From: Patescibacteria group bacterium
Lineage (GTDB): Bacteria > Patescibacteriota > Minisyncoccia > Phycocordibacterales > UBA9973
DNA length: 64,000 nt
NCBI GenBank assembly: GCA_040388095.1
Contig: JAZKCM010000002.1
Location: forward strand, 7,264 to 71,263
Reading direction: 5' to 3'
The position numbers and the translations under genes were made by a program. Below, one piece after another: positions 46,785 through 57,777 of the stretch (positions within the stretch are counted from its first letter, which is position 1; every line of letters begins with the position of its first letter). Under the pieces are notes generated by a model, which searched no databases, had not been told where the DNA came from, and was given only the letters and a program-made list of their open reading frames with translations.

Positions 46785-48728
46785 ATGCATGAGCATTTGC
46801 ACGGACTCAATAGTTCTCAAAAAGAAGCGGCTCTCCACAAGGATGGGCCGCTTCTTATTGTCGCTGGTGCAGGTGCAGGGAAGACGAAAACGATTACGCA
46901 TCGCATCGTAAACCTCATCAAAGAAGGAGTCGAGCCAAATAAAATTCTCGCTGTGACTTTCACCAACAAAGCAGCCAAAGAAATGCGAGAGAAAATATTA
47001 AATGAAATTAATAAAAATAATTTAGGGCAGAATACTATTCCTTTCGTCAGTACATTTCACTCACTTGGCGTACACATTATCAAAGAAAATGCACAGCTTG
47101 TAGGCGTGACAAGGCATTTCACTATACTCGATGATGGAGATACAAATTCACTCATCAAAGAAGCGTTAAAAGAATCTGACATCGACCCAAAACAATACGA
47201 GCCAAAGAGAATCAAAGGAATCATCAGTCGTGAAAAAGGGAAATTTACCAATCTTGAGGAGTATATGGCAAATGCGCAAGATTATTTATCAAAGATTGTC
47301 GCGCGTATTTGGAAAATATACGAAGAAAAGAAGGCAAAAGAAAATGCACTCGATTTCGATGATCTCTTAATCAAAGCAACCAAATTGCTCAAAGATAATA
47401 AAATCGTGCGCGAATATTATCAGCAGAAATGGCACTATGTACACATCGATGAGTATCAAGACACAAACGAAGCTCAATACTTGATGTCCAAATTGCTTTC
47501 AGAAAATCATAAAAATATCTGCGTCGTGGGTGATGCAGATCAGAATATTTATTCTTGGCGTGGAGCGAATTTGAAAAACATTTTAAATTTTGAAAAAGAT
47601 TATCCAGATGCAAAAATAATTTTGCTTGAAGAAAATTATCGTTCAACAAAAAATATACTAGAAGCAGCAAATGAAATTATCAAGAAAAATAAATACCGCC
47701 CAGACAAAAATTTATTTACTCAAAATAAAATAGGAGAGAAGATAAGTTTGTGTGAAGCGCTCGAAGAGACAGAGGAAGCAGATTTTATCGCAAATAAAAT
47801 TTTGGAGCTCATCGATCGCGATGACCATCAAAAAAACTGGAGCGACATCGCTATTTTATACCGCGCCAACTTCCAATCCCGTGTACTTGAAGAAGCAATG
47901 CTACGCTACAACATACCGTATCAAGTCCTTGGTATAAAATTCTTTGAAAGGCGTGAAATAAAAGACACGCTTGCATACTTGCGTGCGGCGCTCAACCCTG
48001 AAAGCTTAAGCGACATAAAAAGAATTATTAATTTCCCGACGAGAGGTATCGGTAAGACAACGCTCGCAAAACTTTTTGCAAATGAAACAGAAAACTTGCC
48101 AATAAAGATGCAAATAAAAATTAAAAACTTTTATGAATTACTTTTGGAAATAAAAGAAAAAATAGAAACGAGCACAGCAACAGAAGTGATAAAATTCGTC
48201 ATTAAAAAATCAGGGATTGAAGAAGAATTGCTCGCTGGTGGGGAAGAAGAATTAGAAAGGCTTGCAAACATAAAAGAGCTTGCAACACTCGCACTCAAAT
48301 ACGATAATTTAGAAAACGGACTTGGTATAGAAAAGCTCATCGAAGATGCGTCGCTCGCAAGCGATCAAGATTCTATTATGATTAATGACGACAAGAAGGA
48401 AAAAATAAATACAGTAAAACTTATGACCGTGCATGCGTCAAAAGGACTTGAGTTTAATTATGTTTTTGTCACTGGTCTTGAAGACGGGCTTTTTCCAAAT
48501 AGAAGAGATGGTGAGAGTAAAAAAGCAGAAGATGCTGAAGAAGAGCGTAGACTATTTTATGTAGCTCTTACTCGTGCACGAGAAAAATTATTCCTATCAT
48601 ATACTAATTTCCGTACAATCTTCGGTTCACGACAGATAAACTCGCCGTCAGAATTTATTTCTGATATTCCTCCAGATTTATTAGAAAGAGAAGGCGGAGA
48701 TCCACACGTCAAAACGATTTATATATAA
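46785..48728 (+). CDS. pcrA: UvrD/PcrA helicase
   Basis: AGAGAGKT, TFTNKAA, DEYQD, GDADQNIYSWRGA, ENYRS, TVHASKGLEF, YVALTRA. Confidence 0.96.
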   Translation: MHEHLHGLNSSQKEAALHKDGPLLIVAGAGAGKTKTITHRIVNLIKEGVEPNKILAVTFTNKAAKEMREKILNEINKNNLGQNTIPFVSTFHSLGVHIIKENAQLVGVTRHFTILDDGDTNSLIKEALKESDIDPKQYEPKRIKGIISREKGKFTNLEEYMANAQDYLSKIVARIWKIYEEKKAKENALDFDDLLIKATKLLKDNKIVREYYQQKWHYVHIDEYQDTNEAQYLMSKLLSENHKNICVVGDADQNIYSWRGANLKNILNFEKDYPDAKIILLEENYRSTKNILEAANEIIKKNKYRPDKNLFTQNKIGEKISLCEALEETEEADFIANKILELIDRDDHQKNWSDIAILYRANFQSRVLEEAMLRYNIPYQVLGIKFFERREIKDTLAYLRAALNPESLSDIKRIINFPTRGIGKTTLAKLFANETENLPIKMQIKIKNFYELLLEIKEKIETSTATEVIKFVIKKSGIEEELLAGGEEELERLANIKELATLALKYDNLENGLGIEKLIEDASLASDQDSIMINDDKKEKINTVKLMTVHASKGLEFNYVFVTGLEDGLFPNRRDGESKKAEDAEEERRLFYVALTRAREKLFLSYTNFRTIFGSRQINSPSEFISDIPPDLLEREGGDPHVKTIYI

Positions 48729-48735
48729 AATTACT

Positions 48736-48809
48736 TGAATACTTATTTTCTTAAAGTCCTCGGTTCTCCTCGCAAGCTCGGCCAGACCATTAATAAAATA
48801 AGTATTCAA
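48736..48809. repeat. Long intergenic stem-loop with REP-like core
   Basis: ttgaatacttatttt...aaaataagtattcaa enclosing cctcgcaagctcgg. Confidence 0.5.
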
Positions 48810-48818
48810 AAAAAATAA

Positions 48819-49607
48819 ATGAAAGAAAAAACACACAAAGCAAAAAAATCACTCGGACAGAATTTCTTAAAATCTGTGCCAGCGCTTAATGCCATCATAA
48901 ATGCTGGAGAGGTGATAGAAAAAGACACTGTGCTTGAGATCGGTCCAGGAAAAGGAGCGCTCACTGAAAAGCTTTTAGAAAAAGCAGGTAAAGTAAATGC
49001 TATAGAAAAAGATAGAGATCTTTTAGAAATACTCCAAGAAAAATTTAAAAATGAAATAAAAAATAAAAAACTCGTTTTAATAAACGAAGATATCTTGGAA
49101 TACAAGGTAGAAGAGAAAAATTACAAAATCATCGCAAATATTCCATACAATATTACTGGCGCGATATTAAAAAAATTCTTAACCGCTGAGAATCAACCAG
49201 AAAGAATGGTGCTTATGGTCCAGCACGAAGTGGCGAAAAGAATCGTCGCAAGAGGGGGAGACGAAAGTATTCTTTCTATTTCAGTCAAAGCATATGGTAA
49301 TCCAAAAATTATTATGAAAGTACCGGCGCGATATTTTTCTCCAGCACCGAAAGTAGACTCTGCGATCATAGCTATCACCGATATCTCAAGAAAAACTTTC
49401 AAAGAAAATAAAATAGATGAAGAAAAATTCTGGGAACTCGTAAAAACAGGCTTTGCTCATAAAAGAAAAGTACTTGTCAGTAATTTGAAAGATTTATATG
49501 GTAAAGAAAAAATATCTGAAGTTTTCAAAAATCTCAACATTTCAGAAAAAACTCGGGCAGAAGAACTCACTTTGGAAAATTGGATTGCAATTACCAAAAT
49601 GGTATAA
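48819..49607 (+). CDS. rsmA: 16S rRNA dimethyladenosine transferase
   Basis: KKSLGQNFL, EIGPGKG, ANIPYNIT, F.PAPKVDS, RAEEL. Confidence 0.97.
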   Translation: MKEKTHKAKKSLGQNFLKSVPALNAIINAGEVIEKDTVLEIGPGKGALTEKLLEKAGKVNAIEKDRDLLEILQEKFKNEIKNKKLVLINEDILEYKVEEKNYKIIANIPYNITGAILKKFLTAENQPERMVLMVQHEVAKRIVARGGDESILSISVKAYGNPKIIMKVPARYFSPAPKVDSAIIAITDISRKTFKENKIDEEKFWELVKTGFAHKRKVLVSNLKDLYGKEKISEVFKNLNISEKTRAEELTLENWIAITKMV

Positions 49608-49614
49608 TTTTCGT

Positions 49615-50016
49615 ATGTCTAAAATTTCAAAAATACTCATTATTGCTCTAGTTGTCGTAATTTCAGTAAAAATAGTCTACGCTTCAGGATCTAATGGTAA
49701 AGTTTTCGGTGGAAGAATACTTAAAACAGAAGCAACTGAGATAACAACAGCTGAAGCAGAAAGTTATAATTGCGAAATGAATGGGGGAACTTCTATTGAA
49801 ATAAGAAGAATGGGTACAAAAGAAAAAATACCGACAGCTTTTTATATACCGCCAAATACAAAATCAAAAACAAACACTGTATTAAAAGCGAAACAATTAA
49901 TTATAGGAAAATACAGCGGTTCAACTAACATAAATTGTCCAAATGATAACCCAGAAATACCTCCAAGAATTATTACATTAGACAATATAATACTTTTCGG
50001 AACATCTAAAAATTAA
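49615..50016 (+). CDS. Secreted hypothetical protein
   Basis: Start MSKISK after TATAAT; signal peptide; FGGRI...C...C...FGTS. Confidence 0.65.
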   Translation: MSKISKILIIALVVVISVKIVYASGSNGKVFGGRILKTEATEITTAEAESYNCEMNGGTSIEIRRMGTKEKIPTAFYIPPNTKSKTNTVLKAKQLIIGKYSGSTNINCPNDNPEIPPRIITLDNIILFGTSKN

Positions 50017-50017
50017 A

Positions 50018-50944
50018 ATGAGAAATTTTCTTAAGAAATACACAAAATATTTACCAAGCAAGAAATTCAGCGTGCTTATCGGTACGTGTTTAGGTTTAGT
50101 GTTGGTCTTTTTTGTTATATCATATGCGTCAAAAGTGCATACATATAACGCTAAAAAGGAAGCTGAGCTCAAAACAGGTAAACTTACAGTAAATGAACTT
50201 TTACAAAAAGACACTGATGGAGATAGTGTCGCAGATTGGGAAGAAGCATTGTGGGGAACTGATAAAAACAAAAAAGCTAGTTTCAACGACACACCAGATG
50301 CAACTTATATAAAAAACAAAAAAGCTGATTTGAATATAAAAGAACCGACAGATCAGGAACTCACCGAGACAGACAAATTTGCTCGAGGATTTTTGGCTGC
50401 ATTTACTGCTTTAAAAGATGCGGGCACAGTAGATAGCCAGACCATCAACAATTTCGGCAGTGCGCTCGGTCAAAAAATAGCGACTCCTTCATTGATAGAT
50501 CAATACAGTATGAAAGATTTGAAAATTGATACTTCGGGTGACGCTACAAAAAAGAACAAATATTACAAAGCTGTTTCTGATTTATTTGAAACATATAAAA
50601 ATGATGGAATAGGAAATGAGCTAGATATCGTAAGCAATTCTTTAACACAGGCTTCTTCTGGAACAAGTGTTAAACCAGATGAATTAATACTCATATCACA
50701 AGCGTATAAAGACTTTGCTAGCAAAATGCTTTTATTGTCTGTGCCAGAAGACTTAGCACAATATCATCTAAAGATTATAAATAGCTCAAATAACACAGGT
50801 ATATCAGTAGAAAAACTGACAAAAATAGCCACTGACCCCGTCATCGGACTCGCAGGACTCTCTGAATATCAGAAATACAGCGAAGAGCTCATCTCAGCTG
50901 CAGCAGAACTCGAGACAACTTTGCCAAACAATGATACTATATAA
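50018..50944 (+). CDS. Membrane-anchored protein with DTDGD Ca-binding motif (T4SS-locus associated)
   Basis: TM helix; KDTDGDSVADWEEALWGTD. Confidence 0.7.
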   Translation: MRNFLKKYTKYLPSKKFSVLIGTCLGLVLVFFVISYASKVHTYNAKKEAELKTGKLTVNELLQKDTDGDSVADWEEALWGTDKNKKASFNDTPDATYIKNKKADLNIKEPTDQELTETDKFARGFLAAFTALKDAGTVDSQTINNFGSALGQKIATPSLIDQYSMKDLKIDTSGDATKKNKYYKAVSDLFETYKNDGIGNELDIVSNSLTQASSGTSVKPDELILISQAYKDFASKMLLLSVPEDLAQYHLKIINSSNNTGISVEKLTKIATDPVIGLAGLSEYQKYSEELISAAAELETTLPNNDTI

Positions 50945-50969
50945 AGATAGTAATTAGGATTTACGCATA

Positions 50970-53744
50970 ATGGAGATAAAAAAATATTTTAAAAATGCAA
51001 TCTACATATTCATTATGATGAGTTTCGTCATAATGCCTTATTTTAGTTTTACTTCTACAGTAGAAGCTCAGGGAAATTTTTATACAACATCAGGTACATA
51101 TGCAGGTGGTAGTGGTGGTTCTTCTGCAAATCTCGAAGGCTATATAAAAGGCCTCGCTCCAGCGATAACCCAACTTCCTCTTTGTAAAAAAACATTGAAA
51201 AATGGTACTGGAAATTTATTTAGTAAATTAAAAGGAAACTTTGATGACAATAGTAAAACAAAGGAAGTATCTCCATACCAAAACGAAGGAGCAGGACTCG
51301 AAGGAGAAAATTCTGACGCAGTAAATGAAGCCAATTCTGTTGGGGTTTATGATAAAAGTCTAAACAATGCTATCAACACAGTAAAATCAAACACTGAACA
51401 AATAAAATCAAGTACTGATTCTATAGACAAAAACGATACTTGTTTAAAAAGTATCGGCAGAATGGTAACAAAACTACTTTTGCAAAAAATTACAGTGAGT
51501 ACTGTAAACTGGATCAATACTGGCTACGAAGGTAAACCGACATTCCTTTCAAATGAAGATGATTTCTGGGGCAATATTGCAAAAAATGAAATCTTGCAAT
51601 TTGGACTTGAGATAGACAATGAAGTACTTTTTCCTTTTGGCCGTGGATTTATGGAAGCACAAGCCCTATCTTTCCAAAATCACTTTGCTGACAATGCCCA
51701 ATATTCTCTCGACAAATTGATCGCTGACACAAACCCACAATATTCTTCAACTACATTCAATGCTGATTTCAGCCAAGGTGGCTGGGCGGCATGGGATGCA
51801 ATGACACAAATTCCAGCAAATAACCCACTAGGCTTCCAGCTTCTTGCTTCAAATGAACTCCAGCTCCGCCTCGAGGGGACAGCCCAATCGACAGCTCAAG
51901 GTTTGCGTGATGATATACAAAGAGGAATGGGCTTTATGAGTCAAGATGTATGTGTCAATCCAGAAGGTGTGACTCATGAAGATAATGATGCGGCATTAGC
52001 AGGAGACACAACAAAATCAAGATGTCTTGAATGGAAACACGTAACACCAGGAAGTATCATCGCCGAAACAGCTACAAATGCAGTCAATTATCCAAACAAT
52101 CAACTTCTAAAATCAGAAGATTTGAACGATGCAGTCGCTGCGATACTCGATGCAGTTATCAATCAATGGTCTACAAAACTATTCAGTGACACAGGTTTTG
52201 CTGGTATATCAAATCAAGGCGCTGATGGAAGTTATTATCACAATACCGGTGCGCAAGTTTCTTACAATACTCAAGTAGAAAATGATTTCCCTTATGCAAA
52301 TAGCACTTGGCTCAAAGAAAATCCTGATTTCAATATTCGCACAGGCCTGACTCAGGCACTCATCGATGAGCAGAGAATTTACACAGAAAAACTTGCGGAA
52401 CAAAATGATCAATTGTTTGTAAAAGTAAAAACTTCACAACAAGCAAAAGAGCTCGGTCTTAATCCTAGTAAAATGGTAGGTAAAAATTACGGATTACTTC
52501 CAATTATTTACCAACTTGATTATTGTATTCCAGGACCACATCCAGGATTCGAAGAAGATGCACAAGCATCATTGGATAGGACATTGTCACTTGGAGGAAT
52601 ACCGATTGGCCAAAGCGGATTTGATCAAGCATTAACTTGGTTTAGTTCTGTTGATCCAGGTGGTTCAAATCCAACTAGTGCTAGTAATACAATCGGTACT
52701 ATCATAAAACTTTTCCAAGGAAGTGATCACGATATAAACAAAGAAAGAGAAAGTAATGCAAATATAATCCAACACTTTGCTGGTGTTCAATTACCAGCGA
52801 CTGGATCTGGTAACGGTAATACACCAACAGACTTTGATGGAGTGACTAGAGTTTTGCAAACTATCGTTGATGGTTATATACAAGTTGTTCACAATATTTA
52901 CAGTCCAGCTATAATGCCTGATGTTACAAAAGAAGCAAAAACAGAATTTGAAAAAACTCCTGGATATGTGCAGATGTTGGAAAACAATACAAATAACATT
53001 TCTTCACTCAAGAGTGTCATTGTCAGACTTTCACAAATCAAAACAGAAGTAGATAAATTAAATCTACAATTGATAAACCATACAATAACAAATTCTACTG
53101 GTGCAATTGTTCCTCTAGCAAATCAAAACGATCAATATGAAGAAAATTTGAAACCTTGGATTTCAGCATTTGGAAGACTGACGAGTGAGATGGTTACAGG
53201 AAATGATATAGCGAAAGTTGATAATACAACAAAACAAATAAAAGATAAGGAAGTTTATATTTACAACAATTTATTGAAAGGTCCGACTGGATGTGAACAA
53301 GATGTTCAAATCTGGAATCCAAATAGACAATTTAATTTACCAGGAGGTATTGTTAATCATAAAAGATATCAATATCCTTTACCGATAATTTATGATTACA
53401 ACATCTATCCTCAAGGTGGACTTTTGCCAGATCCATTACCAAACCCTATATCCACTAATCCAAAATCGCTCTTCACTGTAAATAATAATAGATCCCAATC
53501 CTTCACTGACTGGAACGGTACTTTTGGATTAAACGATGCTGGCTACGGATCAAATCCACAAAATGGAGTTGTCCCAGGAGGATCAGTTATAAAATTTTGT
53601 AATGATATTAAAGCTATAACTGGTATAGGTGGTAATTGTTCGATTCACGAAGGTCCGACTTTTATTCATATAACTAATATGGTAAATATATTCCAAGGAC
53701 CGAATGGCTTAGATACTTTGGAACGTAACTTAGGAATTTATTAA
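50970..53744 (+). CDS. Large secreted T4SS-locus protein
   Basis: Signal peptide; STVNWINTG, FSQGGWAAW, NNPLG, VTPGS motifs. Confidence 0.7.
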   Translation: MEIKKYFKNAIYIFIMMSFVIMPYFSFTSTVEAQGNFYTTSGTYAGGSGGSSANLEGYIKGLAPAITQLPLCKKTLKNGTGNLFSKLKGNFDDNSKTKEVSPYQNEGAGLEGENSDAVNEANSVGVYDKSLNNAINTVKSNTEQIKSSTDSIDKNDTCLKSIGRMVTKLLLQKITVSTVNWINTGYEGKPTFLSNEDDFWGNIAKNEILQFGLEIDNEVLFPFGRGFMEAQALSFQNHFADNAQYSLDKLIADTNPQYSSTTFNADFSQGGWAAWDAMTQIPANNPLGFQLLASNELQLRLEGTAQSTAQGLRDDIQRGMGFMSQDVCVNPEGVTHEDNDAALAGDTTKSRCLEWKHVTPGSIIAETATNAVNYPNNQLLKSEDLNDAVAAILDAVINQWSTKLFSDTGFAGISNQGADGSYYHNTGAQVSYNTQVENDFPYANSTWLKENPDFNIRTGLTQALIDEQRIYTEKLAEQNDQLFVKVKTSQQAKELGLNPSKMVGKNYGLLPIIYQLDYCIPGPHPGFEEDAQASLDRTLSLGGIPIGQSGFDQALTWFSSVDPGGSNPTSASNTIGTIIKLFQGSDHDINKERESNANIIQHFAGVQLPATGSGNGNTPTDFDGVTRVLQTIVDGYIQVVHNIYSPAIMPDVTKEAKTEFEKTPGYVQMLENNTNNISSLKSVIVRLSQIKTEVDKLNLQLINHTITNSTGAIVPLANQNDQYEENLKPWISAFGRLTSEMVTGNDIAKVDNTTKQIKDKEVYIYNNLLKGPTGCEQDVQIWNPNRQFNLPGGIVNHKRYQYPLPIIYDYNIYPQGGLLPDPLPNPISTNPKSLFTVNNNRSQSFTDWNGTFGLNDAGYGSNPQNGVVPGGSVIKFCNDIKAITGIGGNCSIHEGPTFIHITNMVNIFQGPNGLDTLERNLGIY

Positions 53745-53747
53745 AAA

Positions 53748-55706
53748 ATGCAAAACATAATCAAAAAAATAATAATATTTATCACTCTAGCAGGGCCATT
53801 TATGGCTTTCGCATCTATCGGCACAGTATTTACCAATCCTTCAACAAACATTCCGAGTACTTCAAACGACTATGCGACGACAAAATTCGGAGCGCAAGTA
53901 TCGACCACAGGTACTGATCCAAAATATTGGAGACCTGATGGTACATACAATGTCGGCCTTGGCTATTTTCGTTATTCAAAAATAGATATTCCTCCGATTT
54001 TCTGTAACGATATTTATGGATCAAATATGAGATCAACAAAAGAAGGATCGTATCACGGTACTAACATAAATTTTGATGCTACAGTCACAGACTTAGAACC
54101 AAATACAAAATACGCTTACTGTGCAGTTGTATCAAATGACGGTTCATACAAACCGACCGATATAAAATACGGGGGAGTATATGTATTCACGACACTTCCT
54201 TGTGCATCTTGTGAACAAACAAGTATCAACACACTTCCTGCGACAGGCATTACTTCTAATTCTGCATATTTGAAAGGGGATTATAATTCCACAAAACCTA
54301 CAAAAACATATTTTGAATATAGAAAAAATGTACCGGGAACAATTTGGGTAAAGGTAAATAATGAATCCCATGGTGCTGGAGCAAGTGGTAATTTAAATTA
54401 TTCATTATCAGGACTCGCACAACAAATAACTTATGTTTTCAGAGCAGTAATACAAGAAAAAAATATTTGTCCGCTCAGTTTCACTGGTACTTATCCAGAT
54501 TGCGTAGGCAATGGAAGTACAGGACTTTCTTGCCCTGCTGGTTTTAGTGCAAGTGGATTTACTGCAAATGGAAATATAAAATGTACTGGTGCAAATATTG
54601 CCGGCTCTTATGCAAGTCCGAAATACGGAAGTGATTTAAACTTCACAACGATACTTCCAAATAATGGAACATCTTCTTCATCAAACAATCCGACAACAGG
54701 CAGTGGTTTATCATATGGAAATAGTGGCTGGACATATAGTAGCTCTGGAAACTACAGCTCTACTCCTCAATGTTCAAACCTAGTAGACGATGATGGTGAT
54801 GGCGCTATCGATTTCCCTGATGATGTGCAATGCGCAAGTGCAAATGACTATAGTGAATCAGAATATGGCTCTCAGTCCGGAACAGGTGGTACTACTCTTG
54901 CTCCACAATGTGGAAATGGTATCGATGACGATGGTGATGAATTTATAGATTTTCCAAATGACTTACAATGCACAAGTTTGAATGATTATAGTGAATCAGT
55001 TGCCGGTGGACAGACAAGTCAAACACCGACAAATGGTGGATCACTTACTCCTCAGTGTAGAAACAGATTAGACGATGACGGCGATGGACTAATAGATTTC
55101 CCAAATGATTTACAATGTGCAAGTTTAAATGATTACAGCGAATCAGATTTTGGCGGGCAGACAAATGGACAGACATCAGGAAGTAGCAATAGTACAAATG
55201 GAGATCCATTTTCTGGATCAGGTACTATCGGTGGAGGCGTCTTTGGTCCATCAGGTATTGGAAGTGGATCAAATGGAAATGGTAATAATACAAATGGTCT
55301 CGGCACTGGACCAGGTACAGTCCTTCCACCTCCTAAAATAGGAGATAAAATAAATCCACTCTCAGATGCGATCGTCAGGTACCACGAAGGAGTTGAAACT
55401 GTTTTCACCAGACAAATAAAAAATTATCCTGGTTTTGCAAAATTATATGGCTATCAAGACGGGCAAGATCTGCAAAGCTTTGCCGACAATCTTTCACATA
55501 CTTTTGCTCAAGCTTTCGGTTATTATACTGGCGGGGGAAGAGAAATCCGCGTCAGTATCCCAGACATTGCAGCATATGAATTTGGTATGAAAGACGATAT
55601 GCTCGCTGTCTATGAATACTACGGTGGCTATCTCACAGGTATCGCTGTGGTAACAGATAAACTCAAAACAAAATACGGCTACGAGTACTATTTCCAAAAG
55701 CATTAA
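53748..55706 (+). CDS. Secreted protein with FN3-like modules and three Cys/Asp-rich repeats
   Basis: LEPNTKYAY and LAQQITYVFRA; PQCxNxxDDDGDxxIDFPxDxQCxSxNDYSES x3. Confidence 0.7.
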   Translation: MQNIIKKIIIFITLAGPFMAFASIGTVFTNPSTNIPSTSNDYATTKFGAQVSTTGTDPKYWRPDGTYNVGLGYFRYSKIDIPPIFCNDIYGSNMRSTKEGSYHGTNINFDATVTDLEPNTKYAYCAVVSNDGSYKPTDIKYGGVYVFTTLPCASCEQTSINTLPATGITSNSAYLKGDYNSTKPTKTYFEYRKNVPGTIWVKVNNESHGAGASGNLNYSLSGLAQQITYVFRAVIQEKNICPLSFTGTYPDCVGNGSTGLSCPAGFSASGFTANGNIKCTGANIAGSYASPKYGSDLNFTTILPNNGTSSSSNNPTTGSGLSYGNSGWTYSSSGNYSSTPQCSNLVDDDGDGAIDFPDDVQCASANDYSESEYGSQSGTGGTTLAPQCGNGIDDDGDEFIDFPNDLQCTSLNDYSESVAGGQTSQTPTNGGSLTPQCRNRLDDDGDGLIDFPNDLQCASLNDYSESDFGGQTNGQTSGSSNSTNGDPFSGSGTIGGGVFGPSGIGSGSNGNGNNTNGLGTGPGTVLPPPKIGDKINPLSDAIVRYHEGVETVFTRQIKNYPGFAKLYGYQDGQDLQSFADNLSHTFAQAFGYYTGGGREIRVSIPDIAAYEFGMKDDMLAVYEYYGGYLTGIAVVTDKLKTKYGYEYYFQKH

Positions 55707-55771
55707 AAACGTTTCAAAATCCTAGCATCTTTCGCCCTGTCGATGCTATAATAAAAAGATAGAAAAATAAA

Positions 55772-57769
55772 ATGTCCCGTATTCTATCTAAAATTTTAAT
55801 CTTAGTATTGATGGTAGTTGTTTTTTTTGCACCTGTTAGTGCAAATCTCGAGAAAAAAAGTAATCAAATTGCATTTAATGTAGAAGTGAGTAAGGCTAAT
55901 GCTCAAACAATTCCAGTAACAGTATCCACAGCAACAAATCCAACCCAACAAAGTACTGTAACAACAACAGATGACTATGGTTGCGGACTTTCTCCTACTA
56001 CTTGGTTTACAAATTGTGTTTCATTATTTTTATATAATATAATTTTTTACCCACTATCTTTACTTACTAGTTTTTCAGCAAAGATCTTAGATTTTTTTAT
56101 TTATTATTCTACAAATAGTACAAGTTATAGTACAAGTTTTATTGGTAGCGCTTGGGGAGCAGTGCGAGATATTGCAAATATATTTTTTATAATTGGACTT
56201 CTTTATGTAGCAATAGAAACAATACTTGGAATAGGACACAATGGCAAAAAAATGATTGCTTCTATTGTTGTGGTCGCACTTCTTATAAACTTTTCTTTAT
56301 TTTTTACACAAGTAATTATAGACACTTCAAACATACTGGCTAGAGTTTTTTATAATAATTTTCAACAAGTAAACAATAAGGGTACAGCTATAACAGACGG
56401 AAGTGCGCAAACATCTGTTTCTGTAGGATTAGTAAGTACTTTTAATCCTCAAAAAATACTTCAAGGATTAGACAAGAAAAATAACACAGGATTGTATATT
56501 TTTGTAACATTAATTTCTATAGCAATGATGATATTTATGATTTATATTTTCCTATCCATTGCTCTTCTTTTTGTTGGTAGAGTTGCAGGACTTTGGGTTG
56601 CGATGATTTTTGCTCCGATAGCTTTTGCTTCTTACACTGTACCATTTGATATTCCAGGATTAGGACATAAAAAATGGTGGTCTGATTTGTTGAAACAGGC
56701 ATTCCTTGCCCCAATATTTATATTTTTTCTTTATGTAATACTCCTTTTAGGAGATAGCTTACACTCAATAGGTGAAGATGCTATAAACACAAGTGGTGAC
56801 GCAAGCGGTTACTTAAAATCATTTATGGCTGTAACTATTCCTTTTGCGATAATGTTTGTATTAATACAACAAGCTAAAAAATTAGCGGTTGAATATTCAG
56901 GAACAATAGGAAATGCTGTATCTAGCGCTGGTGCAACAATAGGAGGATTTGCGTTGGGAGGTGCGGCTCTAGGAACTGCTTTTGTTGGAAGACAAACAAT
57001 TGGAGCATTTATGAAAGGCGCATCTACGGGAGACTCAATTAATCAAAGATATGCACGTGGTGAACAGTTAAATAGGTGGGATACTGTACGAGGAGCTGTT
57101 TCACATTATGGTACTCTTGGTTTACTCACTCAAGCACAACAAAGAGTTGGTCAAAGATTAAACGCAAATCAACATGATATTACACATGCCACTCATGCAA
57201 GACATACACTTGATACGGAAGCTGGTACTGTTGCCCATGGCAAAAAATGGAATGAATTAAATGGTGAAGAAAGAAATCAAGTAAGAACAAATCTAGCTAG
57301 AAAAGAAGCAATGAGACAACAAGGTCTAGGAAATAAAACTTGGGCTCAGCTAGATAATGCTCAACAACAAGCTGTAACAACAGCAATAACACCAGCATTA
57401 AATGCTTATAACTCAGTTGGAGATACGATGATTAGAGATGCTCGTAGAAAAGTTGGTCTCGCAGAAAACATAATACAATCAACTATTGGTGGGAGCTTTG
57501 ATGCAAGGAATCTTTCTAAACTTGTAGCGAGTGAACAGGATAAAGGATTAAATAAAGTTGCTACTGGGTTAACATCAATCCTTGCAAACGGAATGAGAAG
57601 TAGTATTAAAAGCACGTTTAACACAAACTATGGTACAGGGCAAAAAGATTTCTTTAAAGACCTAGGGCATACGATAACAGAAGCATTAAAATCAGCTAAG
57701 GTAAATGTTGACTTATCTCATGTTGGAAAAGAAGTAAAAGAAGGTCATGGAGGAGGTGACCATCATTAA
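55772..57769 (+). CDS. VirB6/TrbL-like polytopic membrane protein
   Basis: WGAVRDIANIFFI, LLINFSLF, R...LW..MIFAPIAF, WW..L...AF.AP. Confidence 0.75.
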   Translation: MSRILSKILILVLMVVVFFAPVSANLEKKSNQIAFNVEVSKANAQTIPVTVSTATNPTQQSTVTTTDDYGCGLSPTTWFTNCVSLFLYNIIFYPLSLLTSFSAKILDFFIYYSTNSTSYSTSFIGSAWGAVRDIANIFFIIGLLYVAIETILGIGHNGKKMIASIVVVALLINFSLFFTQVIIDTSNILARVFYNNFQQVNNKGTAITDGSAQTSVSVGLVSTFNPQKILQGLDKKNNTGLYIFVTLISIAMMIFMIYIFLSIALLFVGRVAGLWVAMIFAPIAFASYTVPFDIPGLGHKKWWSDLLKQAFLAPIFIFFLYVILLLGDSLHSIGEDAINTSGDASGYLKSFMAVTIPFAIMFVLIQQAKKLAVEYSGTIGNAVSSAGATIGGFALGGAALGTAFVGRQTIGAFMKGASTGDSINQRYARGEQLNRWDTVRGAVSHYGTLGLLTQAQQRVGQRLNANQHDITHATHARHTLDTEAGTVAHGKKWNELNGEERNQVRTNLARKEAMRQQGLGNKTWAQLDNAQQQAVTTAITPALNAYNSVGDTMIRDARRKVGLAENIIQSTIGGSFDARNLSKLVASEQDKGLNKVATGLTSILANGMRSSIKSTFNTNYGTGQKDFFKDLGHTITEALKSAKVNVDLSHVGKEVKEGHGGGDHH

Positions 57770-57777
57770 ATAAATTT

